From assembly GCA_023515795.1 (NCBI GenBank), contig JALGPX010000001.1, positions 1 to 64,000 on the forward strand: 64,000 bases of DNA. Direction: 5' to 3'. The position numbers were made by a program, and so were the translations under genes. The stretch's first letter is position 1; the number at the start of each line of letters is the position of its first letter. The stretch is from Amoeboaphelidium occidentale (lineage: Eukaryota). The notes under the pieces were generated by a model that worked only from the letters and a program-made list of their open reading frames with translations, ran no database searches and was not told where the DNA came from. Of this stretch, positions 9,082 through 20,225 are shown piece after piece.

Positions 9082-11844
9082 TCACTTCTTCTTTGCATCT
9101 TTAATGTTCTTCATTAGCCTCTCTTGCTTGTGCTTGGTTATCTTCTCGACCTGTTGCATTCCGTACTGGGCCTTGTTGAGCATATTTTCGACTTCTGTGG
9201 CCAAGTTCATCATTCCCATTTGTCTAGCTTTCGCGACAACTCCAATAAATTCTTCTTTTGAAAAGTCGTCAGCTTTGTAGCGCTCAAAAATTCCATAGTT
9301 TCCATCTGTCTTCGTCTTGTTCTTTCTCTTTGTAAATGCAGTTTGTTGCGAAGACAAGACTTCAGAAGTAAGAGATGATAGAGATGCAGTAACGCCAGTT
9401 TCAGAGCTAGTTGCGCTGGCACTAAGCAGAGAATCACTGCCGAGCTCACGAGAAGTTGGCATACTCTTGATTTCGTTGCCGAATTTCTTATAAATATGAT
9501 CATTTGATTTCAGTGGCATGTAATCATCACGAGCAGCAAGACTAACAGAAGTAAACCTTGCATGTCCTCTTTCCAACATTAAATTCAAAACTTCTGCAGC
9601 TTCTTTCACACGGTTGAATCTTGTGAGTGCATGAATGTATCTGGTCATAATTAATCGTTCTGTTCTTCTGTTCTTATGATTAATTCCCTTTTCAAGATAT
9701 TTGTTTCCGAAAGCACTCTTTGTGACTTCATCCCATCTTTTAGGATAACCATTCACAGTTCTGAATCTTTCATAGTCCTTGTACACTTTTGTTATCGAGT
9801 CCAAGAGCCAACTCTTAGTTTCTTCCGAATGAGTATCATCGGCGTCAAGCAAGTCAAATTTTCCGCGGCTAAGTTCAACGAGAGTTCTATGGAAAGTCTT
9901 TTGGTTTTTCTGTACGCCATACGTTTGTATAAAATTATTATAAAAATCCATGAGATCCTTCTTCATGCGAAAGCTCCCAAGGCAATCAATATATGCATTT
10001 AGAACTTCAACATCCATGTTGACCTTTGAATCCTCATTTGTCTCGCTTATTGATGCCAGATGGGTTTCTTTTTGTTCTGGTAAAGCTTCATTCGGTGCAC
10101 TTTTGTTTAAATAATCTTTAAAAATCTCCAAAGCATCATTCTTCCATTCAAGCAAGAGTTCTTTTTCGGTCTTGTCTGCTAACAAATACTCTTGCACATT
10201 CTCTAAATCTTCGAGCTGTACAGATTTCCTAAATTCGAAAGATAAATCAGGGTCATATTTCTCATCAAGAAGCCATTCATTCAAATCAACAGGTCTCTGT
10301 CTTTCATTCATTCTTTCCTCGTTTTCAAGACCCATCTTGGCTTTGATAACATCCTGCTGAAATTTTTCGATTTTCTTCCTGTCTGCGATTTCTTGTCTTA
10401 ACTTTTGGATTATTAACGGCCCTCTTGAGTAAGTAGCGAGCAAGAACATGTAAGAGAACTCGTTTGATGGAACCGTATTCTTCATTTCTTGCCAAAGAGC
10501 TTTTGCGCGAGGAATATCACCTTGCGTTGCTGAAGCCATCAGTAGAAGATTGTATTCTCTTAGTTGCAGATTATAGCCCATTTCAGTCATTTGATTTATG
10601 ATTTCAAAAGTTTCCGCGTAATAGTCTGGTCTTTTCGCAAAAGCCGATAACAGCGAATGAAACGTGTAACGTAATGGAACCATGGCTTGTCCGTTCTCAT
10701 TTCTTTGTGAAAGCATTTCATCAAATAACACTACCGCTTTCTCGACTAAATTCAATTTGCTGCAAATATAGATCATGTGGTTGTAAATCAACTCATCAGG
10801 CTTGCAGACGCCAGACTTCATGTGTTCGAATAAAGTAAAGGCTCTATCATAGTATCCCAGTGACGAGCAGCCTTTTAACAAAAGAGTATAAACCGGTTGA
10901 GTTATAGGTACGTTTAGAGATTTCATTTCTTCGTAAACTCTGAACGCATCAAAAAGTCTGTTCTGTTTTACCAGAGCTTTTACAAGAATACAGAACTCTG
11001 GTGTATCAATGGCCAAACTGTTTTGCTTCATGTCCTTGAAGACTCTTAGGACATTATTCAAATCATTCGCGTTTGCATAAGAATCCATAAGCAATCTGTA
11101 TTCTGTTGTTCCGGCTTTCATGCCATTATCTCGCATCAAATCAAAAGCCTTCTGTGCCTCTTGAGTTTTCCCAAGTTTAGAATTCAGAGTCAAAACGGTC
11201 CTCCAGTCTTTTCGTGTCACAGCTTCGAATGCGTCGTCTTCATTCAATAATCTTTTCGCTATTGCCTTCACAAGAGGCGATCCAACAGAAGATTCTTCCT
11301 TGGCGAGTAAATCTGCTGTTTCTTGTCTAAGAACAGGCTTTGCCGTAAGCGACTGCAATTTAGATCCAGCTTCAATCCGAGCCATAGAATCCTTTGCTTG
11401 TTTAGCGATATCCAACTGTAACTGCTTTTTCATTCCAACATCGTCAGCTATAAGAGGCAGCTCCTGCATGGCTTTGAATATTTTCTTGCTCACCACTTCT
11501 TTCTTTGTGAGTGGCCTTGGAACGGCTGCACCGCGACTTTGCGAGGATGTCAATTGATCATAAATTCTTGTAATGGATTCCTCAGGATTTGTAACGCGTT
11601 CTTGTGATGTCTTCAATTCAGGCAGCTTTTCCTCTTCCACCAGTTTCCGCATGTCTTTCGGTATTCCATCACCTGTCCCTGTTTTGCGCTTGTGTCCAGA
11701 TTTTCCCTTGTTCATAAAGTTCATCATGTTCAGCTTCTCGCGACGCGCCCACTTCGGATGGGACAGGTCTGGGATATCCGGCGAGGCTTTTTTCACATAA
11801 TTCGACGCTGATGAATACAATCTCTTGTAAGCCAGACTGTTCAT
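9082..11844 (-). CDS. Mitochondrial pentatricopeptide-repeat (PPR) protein
   Basis: Tandem ~35-aa repeats (e.g. YTLLLKGCSSLGYYDRAFTLFEHMK, YNHMIYICSKLNLVEKAVVLFDEM); presequence-like N-terminus. Confidence 0.85.
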   Translation of the reverse strand: MNSLAYKRLYSSASNYVKKASPDIPDLSHPKWARREKLNMMNFMNKGKSGHKRKTGTGDGIPKDMRKLVEEEKLPELKTSQERVTNPEESITRIYDQLTSSQSRGAAVPRPLTKKEVVSKKIFKAMQELPLIADDVGMKKQLQLDIAKQAKDSMARIEAGSKLQSLTAKPVLRQETADLLAKEESSVGSPLVKAIAKRLLNEDDAFEAVTRKDWRTVLTLNSKLGKTQEAQKAFDLMRDNGMKAGTTEYRLLMDSYANANDLNNVLRVFKDMKQNSLAIDTPEFCILVKALVKQNRLFDAFRVYEEMKSLNVPITQPVYTLLLKGCSSLGYYDRAFTLFEHMKSGVCKPDELIYNHMIYICSKLNLVEKAVVLFDEMLSQRNENGQAMVPLRYTFHSLLSAFAKRPDYYAETFEIINQMTEMGYNLQLREYNLLLMASATQGDIPRAKALWQEMKNTVPSNEFSYMFLLATYSRGPLIIQKLRQEIADRKKIEKFQQDVIKAKMGLENEERMNERQRPVDLNEWLLDEKYDPDLSFEFRKSVQLEDLENVQEYLLADKTEKELLLEWKNDALEIFKDYLNKSAPNEALPEQKETHLASISETNEDSKVNMDVEVLNAYIDCLGSFRMKKDLMDFYNNFIQTYGVQKNQKTFHRTLVELSRGKFDLLDADDTHSEETKSWLLDSITKVYKDYERFRTVNGYPKRWDEVTKSAFGNKYLEKGINHKNRRTERLIMTRYIHALTRFNRVKEAAEVLNLMLERGHARFTSVSLAARDDYMPLKSNDHIYKKFGNEIKSMPTSRELGSDSLLSASATSSETGVTASLSSLTSEVLSSQQTAFTKRKNKTKTDGNYGIFERYKADDFSKEEFIGVVAKARQMGMMNLATEVENMLNKAQYGMQQVEKITKHKQERLMKNIKDAKKK

Positions 11845-11893
11845 GTCAGTTTCGAGCAGAAAAATGGATATTGATGATTGATCGCAACTTTAA

Positions 11894-14673
11894 TCAGGAA
11901 TTATTCTGTGAGCTTTTCCCAGCCATTATGTCACGTATAGACAAATTTCTCTTCACTCCATTTGAATATCCTTCAAAGTATTTGTACAAGACCTTTTGCG
12001 TTTCATTTCTTTCCTTTGCTGTGAGTGTCGACTTGCCAGACCTGTTTTCATTATTCTTAATTATTGGTCTTCCAAAGAAGTCTCGTGGGACTTTTGTAAC
12101 AGCCTTCTTCTTTTTGATTTTCAATTCAGTATGAACTCTTGGTTTCATGTCGATTTGTTTAAGTTTCGCTTCGACTGTTGCAGCTTGCTGATCCTTGGTT
12201 AGATTATTGCCAAATGTTTTGTATTGGTGTAATTGTATCTTCTTCTGCTCAACTTCAAAAGCGACAATTTGTTTTACACCATAATCGTTGGTCAATAAGT
12301 TTTGCTTCTTGTTTTCATCAAATTGTGGGACCAATGTGTCGATATGTCTACAATTATTGTTAGATGATTATGAAGCACTAAATCTTACGGTTCCAGAACA
12401 TAAGTATAGCGACTCTCAAACTTTTCTTGTTTATATCCAAGTTTCAAAGTTGCCATAACTTCGACTACTCTATCAAATCTTGCTCTTTCCTGCTCCTTCA
12501 TGACTTGTGGATTGACCTATAAAGTCAGCTACATCATACGAAAACAATAAATTACAGGGCGCAATTGTGGATTAAGAATACGGATAAAGTAAGACAATAC
12601 GTTAGCACAAAAGAATTTCTCATTAGGGATCCACGTTCGAGTAATGGCTGGTAATCCATCGATAAATCCTTTTGTCAAACCCATCATAGCTTTTCCTTTC
12701 ATTCTTGCCTCCATGCTTTGCTTTGGATATGAAATATTGAAGCTCTTTGAAGATCCAACATGTTTTGTGTACTCATGAAATGCCATCACAAAGCACGGAG
12801 CATATTGCATAAAGATTTGGAAACGATCCTTGTCCATTACATCTGCGTAATACAAGAACTCGTGTAATTTTTCGTAATTATAACCCCAGCGTTTCTGATT
12901 ACGTATTGAAGCATTTAAATACATCTCAAAAGCTCCTCTTAATACTCTGTCATAGTCACCATTATGCTCTATGACTTCAAGCACTTGTTTTGTCTCCAAA
13001 CTTGAAGCATTAGTTACAAATAACTTCTCCCAAACAGTAAACAATGATCTGCTCTTATCTTTTATAGACACTGCCTTTTTGATTTCCTCTGGCGAAACTC
13101 TCTTTGTCTGCCCTACATATGACTTCTCCATTCTTTTCCATGCATGCAATAATTGAAGAGTGTTCAAACATACTCTCCAGTCTCCTTCTGCCATGGTTAC
13201 TAATAGATTCAATGATTTCATGTCAATATCAAGACCCTCCTTGTCACAAATATTCTTCAAACGATTAATCATAACTCTAGGTGCAATTTCTTTCAAGTGA
13301 TAAACCTGAGCGACTTGTCTTAGCTGTCGTAAAGCCGGTACATAAGGATCATTGCATAAGCAAATTATGGGTCTTCTTAAAGTTTTCGCTTGTTTCTTCT
13401 TCTTTTTCAAGCTGCTGGTATGCTTGGATGAAGAACCTGTTCCATCGTTTGGATTGTTCGAAGTTCCTTGTCCATCAAGAGAAGTTGCAATTTTAATCAG
13501 CAAATTAACAAAAGATTCTCCTCCGGGACCTAAACCATCCATTTCATCCAGAATGACCATTGTTGGCTTTTTATCACCAAACACAGATTTAGACTCGATA
13601 GCTGCTAATACTTTTTCTCTCAACACTTTCCCAGTTCTTTCATCGCTAGCATTCAGTTCTAATGTATCATATCCAGCAGTTCGACCAACAACAGAGGCTA
13701 ATGTTGTTTTACCTAAACCAGGAGGCCCATGAATCAACAATATCTTTCTTTGTGGTCTTCCAAGAACATCATTAGAATACAGAAATCTTTTCTTCAGACT
13801 TTCTTTAGGTTCGCTACCAAAGACCAATTGATCCCATTGCTTTACCCACAACATTACATTTTCATTAATTCTCTCATCAGACATCAACTCAAAGAATGAT
13901 TGTGGTCTGTATTTCTCCAGCCATAACTCTTCTTTTACAGGAGTACCAGACTGTTCTTGATTATTTGCTGTTGAAGCATCATCCAATATCCTTCTTGTTT
14001 GAACTGAAGCAAAACTGATATTATCAGCTTCGATTTCTTCTTTCAGTCTGTAAACAGATTTATCCAACAGAAAGCCTACATTGTTTCCCTCATCGCTACC
14101 ACCACCAACACCATCACCAGAAGGATCATTATATGATCTTTTAATCTTTTCCAGACGCCTATTATACTTATCATAAGGAAAATACAATCGCTTCCCATTG
14201 GACAAAACAGTAGAGATTGAAAACACGCCTGTAGGCTCAGTTTCATACTTTGACTTAACATTCCTTCCATCACTTGCTTCAGACCGCGCCCCTGTAGGAA
14301 AACCTGCTGTACCAGAACTATGCTCGCTTTGATTGGAATTATTTGCGTGTCTTCCTGAACCTGCAGCAACAACCGAAGGCTCTTTAAAATCCAAATGCGC
14401 AAACTCTTTGGAAGATGATGAAGCAGCCCCCAAATCTTTCAGTCTCTTTTTTAAGTTTTGAAACAAGTTTGCTGTAGCTGAAGCTTCCTTGCTTGGAGAA
14501 TCTTCTAATTGTCTCTTATTCGAAGCAGAAACAGACACATCTAAGCGCACAGTTAAACAACGGAAACCATTTTTGGTTTAAATTTTACTTTCATTCAATT
14601 CCCTTTGACTTTCTGTATCTGCCAAATTAACAATTTCCAGTTGATCATCATCTCCGACGCTGTAGCTGTCCAT
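11894..14673 (-). CDS. CTF18: Chromosome transmission fidelity protein 18 (RFC-like clamp loader), 4 exons
   Basis: LWLEKYRP, Walker A GPPGLGKTT, ELNASDER, RRPIICLCNDPY, C-terminal YKYFEGYSNGVKR. Introns 14541-14588, 12517-12555 and 12348-12388 keep the frame. Confidence 0.93.
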
Positions 14674-14711
14674 TCTTCAGGGAAACAAACAAAAACAGAA
14701 TAATACTCAGT

Positions 14712-15338
14712 CTATTCAAGTTGAACCAAGAAACCCTGTTCAATTAACTGTTCTACATCTTCTCTTTTCAAATAGTCAACGTGCCCTGCGCACAATTTAA
14801 CTCTTTTACCGGAATCATCACCATCAACATCAGAAGCTGTTTCAAACTCGATATCTCGCAATGCCATCACCTGAACATACAAACTCATAGGAACACTCAT
14901 TTTACCGCCGATATCAACGAAATCCAGAAACATCGCGCGCATTCTGTTCAGCGCTGAAGCGTATTCCTTGTAGAAGGCGATTTCATCTTGCGACATTTTA
15001 GCGCGCAGATCTTTTGGCGGCAACTTTGAACCACCGCCGTCGCAGCGTCTCAGACGAACAATTTCTGCAATCAGCTGCATTCTGTGGGAGTGGTACGCTA
15101 ACAGGCAGCGTTTATTTCTTGCTGCGACAGTTGAAGCGACACTCAGGAATGATCTTTCCAATGTGCTCAATGAATCCAAACCGCCTGTAGATGCTTTTCC
15201 TAGTAATGCCTCAGCCTCAGAGTAAATATGAGTTGTTTCATTCTGAATAGATCGCACTAATTCACCCTCATGTGTCGTCAATTGAGTGGGATTTCTCTTA
15301 ATTTCCTTTATGAGTTTCAAAGCCAAGTCGCCATACAT
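14712..15338 (-). CDS. PSF1: GINS complex subunit Psf1
   Basis: MYGDLALKLIKE start, RNKRCLLAYH..R, C-terminal DVEQLIEQGFL. Confidence 0.92.
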   Translation of the reverse strand: MYGDLALKLIKEIKRNPTQLTTHEGELVRSIQNETTHIYSEAEALLGKASTGGLDSLSTLERSFLSVASTVAARNKRCLLAYHSHRMQLIAEIVRLRRCDGGGSKLPPKDLRAKMSQDEIAFYKEYASALNRMRAMFLDFVDIGGKMSVPMSLYVQVMALRDIEFETASDVDGDDSGKRVKLCAGHVDYLKREDVEQLIEQGFLVQLE

Positions 15339-15376
15339 TTGTTTGATATGAAACAGAAATTTTTATTATTTTCCTT

Positions 15377-16336
15377 TCATTTATCAGCCAGTTGTAGTAA
15401 CGCTTTAACGAACGCTTCGACTTCCTCCACCGGCCGCTTGCCTGACCAATTCTGAACCCATTTAGTGAATTCAATCGGAAGTTTCATTCCAAAAGATCTC
15501 AATGCGACATACACACAACCAACTGCGATAACTCTTGGTGAGTGTAGTGATCCCAAATTAACACCATCGCTATTCAGACAGTACGCATCATTAGCCAGCG
15601 TCATTGAAACTTGCAGTAGAGCACTTCGAGTAGCCTCAAGATTCTGATCTATGGGTTGATCACTTGCAGGCTGCTGTTGCTGTTGTTGCATCATGGCATT
15701 GACTATCCTCAAAATGAATGGATATGCCAAAGGAATCGCCAAATGGAATCGAAGTATCCTCAACAGAACAAACTCAACTTTACCAACAGAATCCCTCATT
15801 CGCCAATAATCTTCATTAACAGGCATAAATCTTCCGTGCATAGTGAAATAGAAGCAATTAAAAATGTCCCTAAGTTTCCTGTGCTCTTCCGTGCTTTTCG
15901 TTGCGACTTGGACACACGCCAAAATCAACAATTGCGTGAAAGCATAACCTCCATTCTTTAAACTTGAATCTTTAGTGCTGCCATTCCCATTGTTCGTATT
16001 TGCCATTCCTGATATTTCGTCAGGTCTGGTTAATGGTGATACGAACGGTTTATCTTCTGTTTCTTTTAAGAATACCGTAGCTTGATTATAAATTAAAAGA
16101 GCTGTCGTAGTAGTAGTCTGTGGAAGAAGTAAATGATCACACAGTCTCACTATAATATCCTCTGGTTCCGGCAGCTGGGCATCGTTCTGTGTGGATTGTG
16201 GTTGTTCATCCTGATTCTTTTGAGGGGTATCGTTTAATTCAGTAGTCGATAAATGCAACGGAGTTTGGCTTTGCTCTGCTTCATCGTTAATGTTTTTATG
16301 CGGCAAAGGTGCTTCCGGTGATTTCTGTTCTCGCAT
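15377..16336 (-). CDS. Transcriptional-type cyclin, cyclin Q/M (FAM58)-like
   Basis: Cyclin box ACVQVATKSTEEHRKLRDIFN and YWRMRDSVGKVEFVLLRILRF. Confidence 0.7.
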   Translation of the reverse strand: MREQKSPEAPLPHKNINDEAEQSQTPLHLSTTELNDTPQKNQDEQPQSTQNDAQLPEPEDIIVRLCDHLLLPQTTTTTALLIYNQATVFLKETEDKPFVSPLTRPDEISGMANTNNGNGSTKDSSLKNGGYAFTQLLILACVQVATKSTEEHRKLRDIFNCFYFTMHGRFMPVNEDYWRMRDSVGKVEFVLLRILRFHLAIPLAYPFILRIVNAMMQQQQQQPASDQPIDQNLEATRSALLQVSMTLANDAYCLNSDGVNLGSLHSPRVIAVGCVYVALRSFGMKLPIEFTKWVQNWSGKRPVEEVEAFVKALLQLADK

Positions 16337-16394
16337 CGCTTTTGGGATTCAAAAAAGCACGGCGAGGTTTCACTTACCAAATTTGTTTGTCTAT

Positions 16395-18412
16395 TTACCA
16401 TGCTTTTCTGCCCTTCTTCTTTTTGTTTTGCTTTTTGGCATGCTTTGGTTCAGATGATACTGTCGCTGCATTAGAGGAAGATGCCAAGTTTGTATTTGAG
16501 CCCTTATTTGATGCAGCAGGTTTCTTTCCCTTCTTCTTATTTGCGTTGCTTTTATAGTAAGATCGCATCTTCATAGGCAGCCATCTTTCAGGATCAGGCT
16601 GTTTGTTTGGGTCATAGTTTTTAGGAAGTGGTTTCTTCTTTTTCTTCTTGTTTACCTTGTCTGCGCTAGCTTCATCTTTAGCTATTGAAGTTGTATTGAG
16701 ATTCCATATTTCCTCCAACTTGTCTGATTTCAAATCAATTTCATTAGCTGATATTGGTGTTTCTGTAGCAGAATCAGCATCTTTTCTAAGTTTAGTCAGA
16801 TGAGCGTAGTATTGTTTTGATTTTGAAGCATCTGACATTGCTGAAGAAGCCATAACAAGAGCAGCTGAAACAGTCAAATCAGAAGGATCTTGTTTCATTA
16901 ATTCGACAAGGATATCTAAGATATCTTGTGAAATCTGCTTTGAAGATTTAAGAGCATAGATTGCATACTGTTTCTTTAATTCATGCAAAGAAGTGAAATG
17001 CTTTTGTGAGTAAATTTCAATAGCCTTCTTCAGCAATTCCACGCCTTTTTCTTCTTGATTGTTCAGCTTATACAAATGAACCATAACACTCAAGATCCCA
17101 GGAGACCATTCTAAGCTGCGTTCACTCTCTGGTTCAGCAGAAAAATAGAGCTTATGTAGTAATTCGATTGCCTCTGTAAACTTTTGCTCTGCAATATACA
17201 ATTGAACAAGATACAAAACCAGCGACACAGATTTAGTTGAAACCTGATTCTCTAGGTCTTTGATTATAATTTGTTTATCAGAAACTTCTGCATTCTTTAG
17301 TGAATAATCAAGAAGCATAAAATCATTGTCACTCGGATTCTCCTTTAACTTTTCAGAAACAAATTCTTGAGCCTTTGGCATCTTGCCAATATTCATAAGG
17401 AACAGGGCATTATTCTTTTCGATTGTTTTCAATTGAGCTGGTAATAGTTTCGAACTCAAATCTGAATGTCTAACAAGCGAGTTCCATTTCAAATCTTTGA
17501 GTTCCTTCTTTAGATCTTCATTCTTGGAAGCAGCCAAAATATTGTTTGTGCTGAGTATCATTGATACAATATCATTCTCATGCTTCTTTGAAACGGAGCC
17601 AAGAATTTCTTTAGCCTTGACCAAGTCACCTCGACAAGAGAAAACATAACAAAGTTGCGTCTGAATAGGAAGGCATTCTTCTTCAATCTCTTCTTCAGTG
17701 TATCCTTCAGCCTTAAGAGTATCTTTACACAATTCCAAAGATTTCTCCAATAATTTCTCAGCATTATCGTTGCGTCCCTTTGACAATTCAAAACATGCCT
17801 TGTTATACAACAGCTCATAAGTTTCCTTTGGCTCGCGTGATAGCACAGGCAATTCTACAGAGTGCACATTACCAAAAAGTGACTGTGAAGCGACACATGC
17901 GTAATAATTTGAAACGATTTCCGTGAAATACTGCAAATCGGCATTCTTGTACTTTTCCAAAAGCATTTTATAATACACAGACGCTTCTTTATATTCTCCA
18001 GCCTTGTAAAACATTTGAGCCTTTAGCGTCACAAGGGAATCTTCATCAGCATCATGCCCTACTGAAGCCAATAATTCCTGTGATTCCGTAAACTTATGCA
18101 ACTTATACAGACAATAGACATAATGCAACTTTAAATCGTTATCGCCCTTGAGCTTATGTCCATTTGAGTCGATTAACTGCAGTGCTTCTTCGTATTTACT
18201 TTGAGCAACCAGAGAGCACACGAGAGATCTAAGCAGCGTCTTATCACCAGGAACTTGTTGAAGAACTTTAAATAGTTACTCAGTTAGAAAACACAAAAGA
18301 AGAAATTACGTTCATTCGAAAGGGCTGCTGAGGTTTCGTAGTGTCCTTCTTCCAGCACAGTTTTTAGCTCGGCAAGTTTCCCTTTGATTTGCTCGCTTGC
18401 AACTTCTTTCAT
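16395..18412 (-). CDS. SRP72: Signal recognition particle subunit SRP72, 2 exons (18310-18412, 16395-18265)
   Basis: TPR-like N-half; PKNYDPNKQPDPERWLPMKMRSYY signature; 44-nt intron 18266-18309 keeps the frame. Confidence 0.93.
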
Positions 18413-18480
18413 TTCTGCTACAAAACTTCCCCAGGCAAAACATCCAACTTGGGACGTTTATCCTCACAGCTTTAAACAGA

Positions 18481-19560
18481 ATGATAAAATTGGTTGAATT
18501 ACCTCCGGAACTGATCACAGAGGTTGCTTTTAGAGTTGATCACAAGGATCTCATTAGTCTAAGACGCACTTGCACAAAATTCAATGATATTCTCCAAGAG
18601 CTTGGTTTCAAGTACAGATACTTAAAGATCAACTATCGGAATGAAGCAGTGTTTATGGAATTATCTCGTTTCACAAAAGATGTCAAGAATGATCCGCAGT
18701 TAATTGAACTGTTACTGAAGGATGATGAGTGCTTTGGTTTCTTTGTAAGCAGTACAGACATATCACATTTGAATCTGTTAAAGCCAACTGGTATTGAGAG
18801 TATTGATCAGTTTTTGCGAGAAGGATATGACATGATTGAGGCTTGTGCTTCTTTGCACCCGCTGTCTCACAATGAAGCAGATCATGCTGATATCAGAGAT
18901 GAAGTGGAAGAATATGTTCAGCTTATAAAGCAACACTTGAGTCAATTCAGTCGTGGTGCAAGAGTATGGATCTATTTGGCAAACACACACTTGAGCCAAG
19001 GCCTAATTGACATTGAACAAGATGTCAGAATAACCGATATCTTCAAAAATCATCGGAATTTGTGGATATCTTGTCTAGATTATTTAAAAGCTAAAGGATT
19101 TAAAAAGTGTTTAGAAGATGTTTCAGCTTATCTGGCAAAAAGAATTCTGGCATCACCAATGGCTCTACGGAAACACGGAGACGCATTTGTCATTTCTTTG
19201 CTGGATAGGCTGGATAATTTGGATTCTGTTATTGGTTTCAATTACATGTTTGTATATGAAGAATATTTTGGTTCATCTACTGTCAAGTCTTACACGGTCC
19301 TGATAGATTATTTCAAAAAGAAAAGCCCACTAGAACAGAAGAGATATTTGTCTAAGTTTTGCTATAACCTGGTAAAGTACATTTTTACTTCTGGACAGTA
19401 TTCTAACCAAAATGACAAGACATATGATGTTTTACGTGGAATCATCAAGATGTGCTCCAATGACCCAAACTTCTTCAAACAAACATTCCATAAGGATGGT
19501 GTAGATGATAAGCTGGCGAATAAGTTTAAAAGCCTAGAAATTTTCATATACGGCGTTTAG
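18481..19560 (+). CDS. F-box domain protein
   Basis: N-terminal LVELPPELITEVAFRVDHKDLISLRRTCTKF. Confidence 0.75.
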   Translation: MIKLVELPPELITEVAFRVDHKDLISLRRTCTKFNDILQELGFKYRYLKINYRNEAVFMELSRFTKDVKNDPQLIELLLKDDECFGFFVSSTDISHLNLLKPTGIESIDQFLREGYDMIEACASLHPLSHNEADHADIRDEVEEYVQLIKQHLSQFSRGARVWIYLANTHLSQGLIDIEQDVRITDIFKNHRNLWISCLDYLKAKGFKKCLEDVSAYLAKRILASPMALRKHGDAFVISLLDRLDNLDSVIGFNYMFVYEEYFGSSTVKSYTVLIDYFKKKSPLEQKRYLSKFCYNLVKYIFTSGQYSNQNDKTYDVLRGIIKMCSNDPNFFKQTFHKDGVDDKLANKFKSLEIFIYGV

Positions 19561-19660
19561 GGTTTCCGTTTCCGATTTTGAATTTCGTGCTTACTGTGCG
19601 CTCCCTCGCTCGCTTGCTTGCTTTCGACCTTTCAAAATTCTTTCTTCTTCAACGCGAGAA

Positions 19661-20089
19661 ATGTTAAGAATCGTTAACCAAAACAGATTGCTCTCAACCA
19701 GCCAAAGACTAAATAGATTCAGCTTCGGTTTTGTCAACAGAGCCATTTTAGTCGGTAACGTCGGTGCCAAGCCTGAAGTTAAGGATATTGGCAATGACAG
19801 AAAGTTGATCCAATTCCCTTTGGCCACCAATGAGCAGTACAAAAATAAGGAAGGCGCTATTGAGAAGAATGTCCAGTGGCACCAAGTCAAAGTTTTTGTT
19901 GCAAAGGATTTCGAATTTGTTGATAAGTTTGTTGAGAAGGGCACAAAGGTTCACGTTGAAGGAAAGATTGAGTACAGAATTGTTGAGAATGAGAAGGGAA
20001 AGAGGACCTACACTGACATTGTTGTTGGTCAGCGTGATGGTTCAGTCACTATTCTTAGCCCAAAGGCTGAACAGCCAGAATCACAATAA
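19661..20089 (+). CDS. RIM1: Mitochondrial single-stranded DNA-binding protein
   Basis: Presequence followed by VNRAILVGNVG, LATNE, QWHQV, KGTKVHVEGKI. Confidence 0.9.
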   Translation: MLRIVNQNRLLSTSQRLNRFSFGFVNRAILVGNVGAKPEVKDIGNDRKLIQFPLATNEQYKNKEGAIEKNVQWHQVKVFVAKDFEFVDKFVEKGTKVHVEGKIEYRIVENEKGKRTYTDIVVGQRDGSVTILSPKAEQPESQ

Positions 20090-20225
20090 ATGACATCTGA
20101 GTCTTTCAATTAATGCTTTAAACTGTTTTTGTAAGTGCAGCGTGTCTTCTTTGGGCTTGCAATGTTCTATAAGAACTCTCAATTGGTGTGATATTTATAG
20201 CAAACGGCCTTGACAACGCATCTAA

